Position numbers and translations under genes: made by a program
Source of the DNA: Elusimicrobia bacterium CG_4_9_14_3_um_filter_62_55
GTDB lineage: Bacteria; Elusimicrobiota; Elusimicrobia; UBA1565
Direction: 5' to 3'
Assembly: GCA_002790095.1 (NCBI GenBank)
Contig: PFUL01000189.1
Span: 5,206 to 69,205 of the forward strand
DNA: 64,000 nt
In this document: positions 55,955 through 64,000 of the stretch, in pieces
How the letters are laid out: each line of letters opens with the position of its first letter
Numbering within the stretch: the first letter of the stretch is position 1
The notes under the pieces: model-generated
What the model was told of the DNA's origin: nothing
The model's input: the letters and a program-made list of their open reading frames with translations, nothing else
Database searches by the model: none

Positions 55955-56101
55955 CGGTCGGACCTCCTTAAAATCGAAACCCTGCGGGCATATTCAGCCA
56001 AATACCACCCCGCCGCGTCTACAACCACCCGTTTCCCCCAAAACCCAAAAGACCCATAGGCGTTCTTCTCTTTAGACCCATTGAGCGCCCTCAACTCCGG
56101 A

Positions 56102-56119
56102 TGATGACCGTTGTCATCA
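56102..56119. promoter_or_regulatory. 7-4-7 palindrome TGATGAC-CGTT-GTCATCA about 20 nt upstream of a TATACT -10-like hexamer
   Basis: Read directly from the sequence. Sits 50 nt upstream of the secreted-protein start at 56171. Confidence 0.3.
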
Positions 56120-56170
56120 AATCGGTTTCAACGGAAGCCTATACTGGTTGTGCAGGACAGGAGAAAGACC

Positions 56171-56761
56171 ATGAATCGCCCCTACACCCTTTTAGTCGCC
56201 GCAGCCCTAATCGGATTCGCCGCCACGGCGGATGCCGGAGTCGTCATCGGAATCCGGACCCCGGGAATCCTCCCGGTTTCCCCAATGATCGGCAACCCCG
56301 GCATCAACCTGCCGACGTCCCGGATTCCCAGCATCAACGTTCCCAACATCGTCCCGACCATCGGCGAACTTCCGTTGCCGGTGCTCCCGCTCCCCACGCT
56401 TCCCTTTCAATCCGCGCTCGCTCCCGCGGCCGCCGCGCCGGTGTCCCGGCTCGCCGAAGCCGCCCCGGCGCCCAGCGCCTCCCGCACTTTCAACGACGGA
56501 TTCGCCACCGTTCACGCGGTCGCGGTTCCGCTCGTAGACGCCGATGCCCGAATCGGTTCCCGCCGCGACACGGTGGAAAACCGCCTTCGGACGCGACGGC
56601 TCGTTGAGTTCGTGCGAGACACGCTCGAACTCGACGATGAAACGACGCTGGAGGACCTCGAGAGCGCTTTCGACGGACGCGCCGACGAGGCGGAGAAGGA
56701 CCGACCCGGAACGGTGGTGCTTCCCGAACGCGAACTCGAAGAAGAGCTCGGACTCCGCTAA
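56171..56761 (+). CDS. Secreted Pro/Ile/Leu-rich hypothetical protein with acidic C-terminus
   Basis: Signal peptide MNRPYTLLVAAALIGFAATADA. Six-frame N-terminal extension rejected. Confidence 0.5.
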   Translation: MNRPYTLLVAAALIGFAATADAGVVIGIRTPGILPVSPMIGNPGINLPTSRIPSINVPNIVPTIGELPLPVLPLPTLPFQSALAPAAAAPVSRLAEAAPAPSASRTFNDGFATVHAVAVPLVDADARIGSRRDTVENRLRTRRLVEFVRDTLELDDETTLEDLESAFDGRADEAEKDRPGTVVLPERELEEELGLR

Positions 56762-56780
56762 AACGCGCCTCTCGAGCGCG

Positions 56781-58472
56781 TTATCGAACGGCCGCCCCGA
56801 AAGGGGCGGCCTCAACTTTTGTAGGGGATGCGGCAAGCGACCGGAACACGATCCACGCCTCAAACAGCAAAGCCGCGGAAAGCCCCAACAGGACGACGCT
56901 CAGACCCGCAAGAAGTCCTTCTCCCGAGCGCAGAAACCCGGCGAGCCCGATCACCATCGACACGCCCGTCATCGCCACGAGAAACAGCATCGGGACGAGA
57001 GCGAACGCGTAGGGTTTCTTTTTCACCGCGAGGTACACGCTCAAGACGATCAAGCAAAACCCTGCGAGCATCTGATTGGTCGCTCCGAACATCGGCCACA
57101 AGGCCTTCCAATTTCCGCCGTACACGAGCAGCATCGGGGAAAAGGCCGCGAGAGCCGAGGCCGCATAACGATTCTGCAGGGCCGGAATCCGATAGGCCTC
57201 CGCGAGTTCCGAGATGATGTAGCGCTGGATCCGCGTGGCGGTATCGAGGGTGGTCGCGGCGAAACTGATGACGATGACCGCGATCGCCGCACGCGCGAAC
57301 CCCTCTTCGACTCCGACGCCGTCATGGAGGAATCGCGACCCGCCCTCGACGAACGCGCCGATCTTCGCGCCCAATCCCTCGGCGTGGGACCAGGATTGAT
57401 AGTGCACCCGCCAGGCGGAAAGCGTCTTGAAGCCCGCCGTGCAGGCGAGCACGGACATCAACGCCAAGGCGCCTTCCCCGAGCATCGCCCCGTACCCGAT
57501 CGCGCGGGCGTCTCGAAACGAGTTGAGTTGCTTGGAGGTCGTTCCGGAACTGACCAGTCCGTGGAAGCCGGAGACCGCCCCGCAAGCGATCGTGATGAAC
57601 AGGAAGGGGAACCAAGGAGGACCGTCGGGAACGGACGCGTTGAACGCGGGAGCGGCCATCGGAGGGTGAACGACCAGCAGTCCCGCGTACATCAGTCCGA
57701 GTCCCAGGAACAGCTTGTGCGAGTTGATGAGATCCCGCGGCTGCAGAAGCGTCCAGACGGGCAGGACGGATGCGGCGAACGCGTAGGAGAGTAGAAGGCC
57801 GATCCAAACATGAAGCCCCGAAACGCTTCCCCAGTCCGGCATCACCAGGGGGAACTTCGTTCCCAGCCAAACCATCCCGACGAGCAGGATGAGAACGACG
57901 ATGGACGGAATCAGCAGGTCCACCCGCTTGCGGTAGGCGAGCCAGCCGATGAGCGGAGCCACGAGTATCTCAAAATTTATCGGGAGCACCGTCGCCGGAT
58001 ACTGCGTAAACAACAGCGCGATCACGTAGGCGAAGACGGCGAGAACGATCCACGCGAGAAACAATACAAGAGAGAGGAACAACAGCCGGGCCCGGGACGA
58101 GAGGATCGGGGCGGCCAAATCTCCGATGGAGCGTCCTCCGTTCTTCGCGGAAACGACCAGGCACCCGTAATCGTGGACCGCCCCGATGAATATCGTTCCG
58201 AACACGACCCAGAGAAACGCCGGTGCCCACCCCCAAATCACCGCGATCGCCGGGCCGACGATCGGCGCGGCGCCGGCCACCGAAGTGAAGTGGTGTCCGA
58301 ACAGCACATGCTTGGGAGAGGCCACAAAGTCGATCCCATCGGCCTTCTCGTGCGCGGGAGTGGGGAAATCGGTCTCCCCGTCGAACACCCGCTCCGAAAG
58401 AAACCGCGCGTACATCCTGTAAGCCGCGGCGAACGCGGCGAGGCCGATGAGGGCGACTGCGGCTGAATTCAC
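56781..58472 (-). CDS. cstA: Carbon starvation protein A (peptide transporter)
   Basis: CstA family polytopic membrane protein, 563 aa, conserved N-terminal region (FGHHFTSVAGAAPIVGPAIAVIWGW). Confidence 0.85.
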   Translation of the reverse strand: MNSAAVALIGLAAFAAAYRMYARFLSERVFDGETDFPTPAHEKADGIDFVASPKHVLFGHHFTSVAGAAPIVGPAIAVIWGWAPAFLWVVFGTIFIGAVHDYGCLVVSAKNGGRSIGDLAAPILSSRARLLFLSLVLFLAWIVLAVFAYVIALLFTQYPATVLPINFEILVAPLIGWLAYRKRVDLLIPSIVVLILLVGMVWLGTKFPLVMPDWGSVSGLHVWIGLLLSYAFAASVLPVWTLLQPRDLINSHKLFLGLGLMYAGLLVVHPPMAAPAFNASVPDGPPWFPFLFITIACGAVSGFHGLVSSGTTSKQLNSFRDARAIGYGAMLGEGALALMSVLACTAGFKTLSAWRVHYQSWSHAEGLGAKIGAFVEGGSRFLHDGVGVEEGFARAAIAVIVISFAATTLDTATRIQRYIISELAEAYRIPALQNRYAASALAAFSPMLLVYGGNWKALWPMFGATNQMLAGFCLIVLSVYLAVKKKPYAFALVPMLFLVAMTGVSMVIGLAGFLRSGEGLLAGLSVVLLGLSAALLFEAWIVFRSLAASPTKVEAAPFGAAVR

Positions 58473-58500
58473 CGTGAAATCCTAGCAGAAACGATCGTTT

Positions 58501-58562
58501 CCGTAACATTCCGTTAACACCGTCGTAATACCGAATTAACGGCTTCCGCGCACACTGTTAAC
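58501..58562. promoter_or_regulatory. Cluster of CCGTTAAC / TTAACGG / GTTAAC motifs in the cstA-histidine kinase divergent region
   Basis: CCGTAAC, CCGTTAAC, the inverted TTAACGG 19 nt later, and TGTTAACG are all within 62 bp. Confidence 0.3.
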
Positions 58563-58564
58563 GT

Positions 58565-59524
58565 ATGGATAAGAATCTCGCCTCCGACGGCTACGCGCAT
58601 CCGCTCTGCAGAGACCTCCGGGTTCTTTCCGCTCTTACCGTCATCGAGGATCTTGTCATTCAAGAGGACGCGAAGCCGAATTCCCCGTCCCCGGTCGAAC
58701 GGGCGTTGGGAAATCGAGAACGCGAGGAGAAGCTCTCGTCCTACATGACTCACGAGTTGCGCGCACCGCTCACCTCGGTCCGCTCGGCGCTCGGCCTGCT
58801 CCACGATGGACTCGCCGGTCGCCTCGCTCCCCAAGAGGCGCAAACCCTCGCGCTCGCGGTTCGCAACGCGGAACGCCTCAACGGCCTGATCGACGACATC
58901 ATGGATTACACGAAGCTGCGCGACGGCAAGATGCGCATGAGTGCGGCGCCGTGCCGTCCTGAGGGACTCATGCAGGAGGCCGTCGACAGCCTGCGCTCCT
59001 GGGCGCTCCAAAAGGGGGTCCGGGTCGTCCGCATCGAAAACGACGAACCGCTTCCGCTGGTAAGCGCCGATCGGCGCCGTACCGTGCAAGTTCTGACGAA
59101 CCTCCTGTCGAACGCGATCAAATTCACGCCGGCCGGCCGCAAGATCGAACTCTCCGCCCGCCTGGGGAAACACCAGCATTTCGGAACAATCCAGTTCCGG
59201 GTCAAGGATCAAGGTCCCGGCATCCCGCACGCGGATCTCGAACGCATCTTCGCCTGCTTCGAACAAAGCGCCCAAGGCGTGAAGGCGTCCCAGGGCACCG
59301 GCCTCGGCCTGACGCTGGCGAAGGCCATGATCGAAGCCCTCGGCGGCCGCATCTGGGCGGAAAGCTGGAAAGGCCTCGGCGCCGAATTCTTCTTCACTTT
59401 GCCCATCTCCGCGGGCCAAACCGCGAAACCGGTAAAGGTCTACCCGCAGCCCGTCCAGTACCACGGACTGCTCATAGGCGCATTCAAGCGTCTCAACGCG
59501 CTGGTCGTCGCGCTCGTCGGCTAG
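58565..59524 (+). CDS. Sensor histidine kinase (cytoplasmic; HisKA + HATPase_c)
   Basis: H-box MTHELRAPLTSV, N-box LLSNAIKFT, G-boxes DQGPGIP and GTGLGL. No TM segments. Confidence 0.8.
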   Translation: MDKNLASDGYAHPLCRDLRVLSALTVIEDLVIQEDAKPNSPSPVERALGNREREEKLSSYMTHELRAPLTSVRSALGLLHDGLAGRLAPQEAQTLALAVRNAERLNGLIDDIMDYTKLRDGKMRMSAAPCRPEGLMQEAVDSLRSWALQKGVRVVRIENDEPLPLVSADRRRTVQVLTNLLSNAIKFTPAGRKIELSARLGKHQHFGTIQFRVKDQGPGIPHADLERIFACFEQSAQGVKASQGTGLGLTLAKAMIEALGGRIWAESWKGLGAEFFFTLPISAGQTAKPVKVYPQPVQYHGLLIGAFKRLNALVVALVG

Positions 59525-59662
59525 ATCACGTCAAATACTCTCGGTCCCATCGGCCTTCACCGCCGCCCACGGCATTTCCCCGGGCGCCGAATTCAAAGAG
59601 GGTTCGGCTCTGAGCCGAAATTTTCTATAACGGAGCGGCGTATCTCGATTTAAGGAGTCTCT

Positions 59663-60298
59663 ATGGAAGCCCTCATCGCCCCCGAACTGGAAGCCTACGC
59701 CGCGAAGCATTCGATTCCCGAAGGTCCGGTTTTCCGGGACCTGGTCGCCGTGACCCGAAGCGAAACCGACATGCCGCAGATGCAGGTCGGCCGCCTCGAA
59801 GGCGCCCTGCTCCGCGTCCTTGTCCGTCTTTCCGGGGCTAAACGCGTGCTCGAAATCGGAACCTTCACCGGCTACAGCGCGCTTGCGATGGCCGAAGGCC
59901 TGCCGGAAAACGGACGCCTGATTACCTTGGATGTGAACGAAAAGACGAACGCGATCGCCCGAGCGGCCTGGGACAAAAGCCCGCACGGCAATAAAATCGA
60001 GGCGAAACTCGGGCCTGCGCTCAAGTCGCTTGAATCCCTGGAAGGCCCCTTCGACATGGTCTTCATCGACGCGGACAAGGAGAACTACTCCCGGTATTGG
60101 GACGCCTGCGTTCCCAAAGTCCGTCCCGGCGGACTGCTCGCGGTCGACAACGTGTTGTGGAGCGGACGCGTACTTGACCCGAAGGAGCCGTCCGACAAAG
60201 CGATCGTCGCTTTCAACGCGAAGGCCGCCTCGGATGTCCGCGTCGACTGCGCGATGCTCACCGTCCGCGACGGCGTCCTCCTCGGAGTGAAGAAATAA
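59663..60298 (+). CDS. Class I SAM-dependent O-methyltransferase (family 3, caffeoyl-CoA OMT-like)
   Basis: VLEIGTFTGYSAL SAM motif and DADKENY divalent-cation motif. AAGGAG SD. Confidence 0.8.
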   Translation: MEALIAPELEAYAAKHSIPEGPVFRDLVAVTRSETDMPQMQVGRLEGALLRVLVRLSGAKRVLEIGTFTGYSALAMAEGLPENGRLITLDVNEKTNAIARAAWDKSPHGNKIEAKLGPALKSLESLEGPFDMVFIDADKENYSRYWDACVPKVRPGGLLAVDNVLWSGRVLDPKEPSDKAIVAFNAKAASDVRVDCAMLTVRDGVLLGVKK

Positions 60299-60312
60299 AT
60301 ATAATACCCTCC

Positions 60313-61593
60313 GTGAGAAGGCGGAAACCGCGGATCAAAGCGGAACGGCGACGAATCCCCCCGCGATTCAAAACCGACGCGTTCACGTTCGAACGGATGC
60401 TGCTGCGGGTCGCTATTTACTCCTCGTTGGCGGTGCTGTTATTCACCGGAGGCCGGTACTATCGCCATCTCTCCGCCTCGGCCGCCGATTGGGACGCCGC
60501 GCCGTCCTCTCCGCAGGTTATACAGGGGAAACTCGGGGGAGACCGGCTTCGCGACGCGTTGCTGGACTCCGGATCCCCCGAGACCGAAGCGGACGCCGTC
60601 ATCCGTTCCCTGCGCCCCACGGGCGGCGCCGGCCGCATCGAACTTGGCGACCGTTTCCGCATCGTCCGGTCCGCAGACGGCGTGCTGCAGCACGTCACCC
60701 TCAACCGGGCCCGAAAGAACATCGTCGTCGCACGGGACGGGGACGGTTTCAAGACGGCCGTATCCCAAACCCCGATGCGCGGAATCCGCAAAAGCGCGGG
60801 CGGCGTCATTAAAGGAAGCCTCTGGCTCTCGCTCGCAGGTCAGGGTGTTTCGGCGGAGATCATCCAGGAGTTCGCCGATACCTTTCAGTGGACGATCGAC
60901 TTTTTAACCGAGCCGCGGGAGGATGACCGCTTCGCGCTCACCTGGGAAGAACGAACGACTCCCGATGGCCGCGTTTGGGGAAGGGAAGTCATCGCCGGCT
61001 TGTACGACGGGAAACGCACCGGACGCCAGACCGCCGTTCTTTTCGGAGACGAGTATTACGACGAGAAGGGGGAATCCCTCGAACGTATGTTTTTGCGCGC
61101 TCCGCTCAACTACCGCCGGATTTCCTCGCATTTCAACCGCGGACGCTGGCATCCGATCCTGCGCAAACGCCGCCCGCATAACGGCATCGATTACGCGGCC
61201 CCCCGCGGAACTCCGGTCGTCGCGATCGGCGGAGGCCGAGTGAAGTCGATCGGACGCAGCGGCGGATACGGCAAGCGGATCGAGATCAAACACAGCCCGG
61301 TCTACGGGACCCTGTACGGACATCTCAACGCCTACAAGAGCGGCCTGCGCGTCGGACAACACATCCGCCAGGGAGAGGTCATCGGCTTCGTCGGATCCAC
61401 CGGACTGGCATCGGGCCCGCATCTTCATTTTCAAATCTCCAAATACGGCAAGTGGGTGAACTTCCTTACGCTCGCTTTGCCCAAAGCCCGCCCGATCCCG
61501 AAAGAACAGCGCGCGCGTTTCGACGAAGCGGTCCGGGCGGCGATGCCGCGCCTCAACGCAGAACTCGAAGCCCTTTCGGCCCGCGCTCGGTGA
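60313..61593 (+). CDS. M23 family metallopeptidase (LytM-like)
   Basis: HxxxD and HxH motifs (HNGIDYAAPRGTPV..., GPHLHFQI). The start is uncertain: GTG 60313 or ATG 60397. Confidence 0.75.
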   Translation: MRRRKPRIKAERRRIPPRFKTDAFTFERMLLRVAIYSSLAVLLFTGGRYYRHLSASAADWDAAPSSPQVIQGKLGGDRLRDALLDSGSPETEADAVIRSLRPTGGAGRIELGDRFRIVRSADGVLQHVTLNRARKNIVVARDGDGFKTAVSQTPMRGIRKSAGGVIKGSLWLSLAGQGVSAEIIQEFADTFQWTIDFLTEPREDDRFALTWEERTTPDGRVWGREVIAGLYDGKRTGRQTAVLFGDEYYDEKGESLERMFLRAPLNYRRISSHFNRGRWHPILRKRRPHNGIDYAAPRGTPVVAIGGGRVKSIGRSGGYGKRIEIKHSPVYGTLYGHLNAYKSGLRVGQHIRQGEVIGFVGSTGLASGPHLHFQISKYGKWVNFLTLALPKARPIPKEQRARFDEAVRAAMPRLNAELEALSARAR

Positions 61594-62723
61594 ACGCCGG
61601 CCTGGCGGCGCTGCTGTTCTTGTCCCTTTGCGGGGGACTTGCCCGCGCGGAGGAATCCTCCCGAGAACCCCTCGAGCGCCGCGTCGCCCGAATGCTTTTG
61701 GTCGGGACGAGGGGCTTCGAAGTCGTGCCCGGCGGGGACTTCGAACGCTTCGTTTGCGGCATGGGGATCGGAGGCGTGCTGCTCTTCGACCGGGACCCCT
61801 CGGGGGCCGGCGCTTCGCACAACATCCGCGATCGCGCGCAGTTGAAGACTTTGACCGCGGAACTCCAGGAACTCGCCCGCCGCTGCGGTGACGCGCCGCT
61901 GTTGATCGCGGCGGACGTCGAAGGGGGAAAGGTCAACCGACTCGCGCCCGTCGAAGGCCTCGAACGCCTCAAGAGCGCCGCGTGGCTCGGCCGCCGCCCT
62001 CCCCGCAGGACCTACGACGAGGGATTGCGCATCGCCGACACGATGCGCGCCACGGGAATCAACTGGAATCTCGCCCCGGTCATCGACGTGAACCTGAATC
62101 CCGAGAACCCCGTCATCGGAAAACTCGGACGTTCTTTCTCCACGGATCCGGATTCGGTCGCCGCGCATGCCGACGCCTTCATCCGTTCCCACCGGGATCG
62201 AGGCGTTCTTTCCTGCGTAAAGCATTTCCCGGGTCACGGATCCAGTGACCGCGACTCCCATAAAGGCGCGGTGGACGTCAGCGTCACGGCGAATCTGCGG
62301 GTGGAACTCGCGCCCTACCAATCACTGATCAAAGCCGGTCTCGTCGACTGCGTGATGCCGGGCCATCTATACAACCGGCAGGTGGACTCGGAGAGGATGA
62401 TGACCGTTTCCACCGCCGCGATCCGCGGCCTGCTGCGGGAACGACTCGGCTACACCGGACTCGTTTTGTCCGACGATCTGCAGATGGGGGCCGTCAAATC
62501 GGCGATGTCCCTCGGAGAGGCCGCCGTCGAAGCGGTGCTCGCCGGAGTGGACATGCTGACGCTGTCCTTCAGCCGAGCGAACGCCTCGCGCGGCTCGGCA
62601 AAAACCGTCCACGCGGCGCTGATCGCGGCCGTTCGGGAAGGCCGCCTGAGCGAAGCGCGCATCGACGAAGCCAACCGCCGAATTCTCGAACTCAAATCCC
62701 GTCTGGAAGAGGCCCGTCCATGA
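61590..62723 (+). CDS. nagZ: Beta-N-acetylhexosaminidase (GH3, NagZ-like), secreted
   Basis: The GTG at 61590 overlaps the M23 TGA (GTGA). GH3 motifs (KHFPGHG, catalytic Asp region LVLSDDLQMGA). Signal peptide. Confidence 0.7.
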   Translation: MNAGLAALLFLSLCGGLARAEESSREPLERRVARMLLVGTRGFEVVPGGDFERFVCGMGIGGVLLFDRDPSGAGASHNIRDRAQLKTLTAELQELARRCGDAPLLIAADVEGGKVNRLAPVEGLERLKSAAWLGRRPPRRTYDEGLRIADTMRATGINWNLAPVIDVNLNPENPVIGKLGRSFSTDPDSVAAHADAFIRSHRDRGVLSCVKHFPGHGSSDRDSHKGAVDVSVTANLRVELAPYQSLIKAGLVDCVMPGHLYNRQVDSERMMTVSTAAIRGLLRERLGYTGLVLSDDLQMGAVKSAMSLGEAAVEAVLAGVDMLTLSFSRANASRGSAKTVHAALIAAVREGRLSEARIDEANRRILELKSRLEEARP

Positions 62724-63511
62724 GTCCGCTCCACGCCGCCGTGCTCGGCCTGATCCAGGGGCTGGGGGAGTTCCTTCCGATTTCCAGTTCGGCGCATCTG
62801 GCGGTCGTGCATCCGCTCACGGGCTGGCCCGACCAAGGCCTCGCCTACGACGTCGCGCTGCATTGGGGCACGCTGTTCGCGGTCGTTCTCTATTTCTGGA
62901 GGGACCTGCTCGCGATCGCCCAGGACGGCCTCACCCGCGCCCCAACGGAAAACACCCGTCTCTTCGACGGCCTGATCGTCGCGACGATCCCCGCGGTCGT
63001 CGCCGGGCTCGCGCTGGAAAACGCCGCGGAATCCTATTTTCGCTCTCCGGACCGCATCGGGATCGCTCTCGCGCTGTTTGGAATCCTGCTCGGCGTCGCG
63101 GATCGCTTCGGCGCGAAAAACCGCGGCACGGGCGCGATGACGATGAAGGACTTCGCGCTCATCGGTCTGGCGCAGGCGTTGGCGATCGTTCCCGGCGTCT
63201 CGCGCTCGGGAAGCACGATGACGGCGGCCCTCGCTCTTGATTTGGATCGCGTCGCCGCAGCCCGCTTCTCCTTTCTCATGGCGGTTCCGGTGGTGGCGGG
63301 CGCGGGGATACTGAAGGCCAAGGACATGCTCGCCGGCGGAATGATCGACGGCGCGTTTTTCATCGGGGTGGCCGTTTCCTTTTTCAGCGGGCTGGCCGCG
63401 ATCGGTTTTCTGATGAATTTCCTCAAACGGGCGAGCTTCACCGCGTTCGCCGTTTACCGCGTCTGCTTCGGACTGTTTCTCGTTTGGTTCGCGCTCTCGG
63501 GCGCGCGATGA
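62720..63511 (+). CDS. uppP: Undecaprenyl-diphosphatase
   Basis: BacA/UppP motifs (GLGEFLPISSSAHL, PGVSRSGSTM). ATGA overlap with nagZ. Confidence 0.85.
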   Translation: MSPLHAAVLGLIQGLGEFLPISSSAHLAVVHPLTGWPDQGLAYDVALHWGTLFAVVLYFWRDLLAIAQDGLTRAPTENTRLFDGLIVATIPAVVAGLALENAAESYFRSPDRIGIALALFGILLGVADRFGAKNRGTGAMTMKDFALIGLAQALAIVPGVSRSGSTMTAALALDLDRVAAARFSFLMAVPVVAGAGILKAKDMLAGGMIDGAFFIGVAVSFFSGLAAIGFLMNFLKRASFTAFAVYRVCFGLFLVWFALSGAR

Positions 63512-63539
63512 AGCGCGCGCGCATCCATGCACAGGACTT

Positions 63540-63917
63540 TCATCGGACTCCTCCCGTACGTCGTTGGGCGCCGCGCCAACGCTCGGCGAGCGCGGCTTGA
63601 TCCTCCAGCCGATCGAGCAGGACAAGGCGAAGCATGTCGTACGCCTTCAGCATGCCCGGATACGCCAGGCGGTAAGACACGGAGCGCCCCCGTCGGCGCG
63701 CCGTCAGCACGCCCTTTCCCAGCATGACGGCCAGCTGCTGAGAGAGGTTGGCCTTGGAGATGCCCATCTTTTCGATCAGCTCGCCCGCAGTCTTCTCGCC
63801 CTCGCGAAGGAGATCGATGACCTCGATGCGCTTGGCGTTCGCCAGAACCTTGCAGACCTGGGCGTGCATCTCGTAAAGCCGCTTAGTCGTCGATTTCGGA
63901 ATGGAGCGTCGCATCAT
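63540..63917 (-). CDS. ArsR/SmtB family transcriptional regulator
   Basis: Winged-HTH signature LANAKRIEVIDLL...ELIEKMGISKANLSQQLAVM. 125 aa. Confidence 0.75.
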   Translation of the reverse strand: MMRRSIPKSTTKRLYEMHAQVCKVLANAKRIEVIDLLREGEKTAGELIEKMGISKANLSQQLAVMLGKGVLTARRRGRSVSYRLAYPGMLKAYDMLRLVLLDRLEDQAALAERWRGAQRRTGGVR

Positions 63918-64000
63918 AGTTGCTTACTTTCGAAACTATAATATACAATCCGAAACATGGAAGCAACCCCTTGGCTGCCCGCCGCCGCGGCGGCCTTCCT

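Overview
This is a high-GC (roughly 65-70%) bacterial chromosomal segment, densely coding, with many GTG/TTG starts and frequent 4-nt start/stop overlaps (GTGA/ATGA). Most of it is housekeeping and envelope/respiration genes. A long minus-strand operon (9.9 kb down to 0.4 kb) carries an ECF sigma factor, a zf-HC2 anti-sigma, an RseB/MucB-like protein, a periplasmic protein with His/Pro tandem repeats, RadC, a lipoprotein, a PD-(D/E)XK nuclease, a GNAT, a PlsC-like acyltransferase and an FGGY kinase. Other blocks: Lgt; Lnt followed by an FAD oxidoreductase, two GT2 glycosyltransferases and a membrane methyltransferase; tandem IscA paralogs and a class III nucleotidyl cyclase; a redoxin with a novel Cys-rich repeat protein; a butyryl-CoA dehydrogenase/3-hydroxybutyryl-CoA dehydrogenase pair; a Rieske/cytochrome b/pentaheme c complex with two monoheme paralogs; a full caa3-type cytochrome oxidase operon with heme A/O synthases and SCO1; type III glutamine synthetase; TPR-SpoIID; PdxH; P5C dehydrogenase; CstA; a histidine kinase; an M23 peptidase; NagZ; UppP; ArsR. 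The most unusual region is 27.1-32.6 kb. There, perfect 32-bp inverted repeats (REP-like, with a third diverged copy) bracket a cassette containing a 5'-truncated, frameshifted Rhs gene with an unassigned C-terminal toxin domain and an AT-rich immunity gene, a tandem-rhodanese protein, an ORF apparently truncated by insertion, and an IS200-like/RAYT HUH tyrosine transposase. No rRNA, tRNA or CRISPR array was recognised. All calls are from reading the sequence and ORF translations; no database searches were run.
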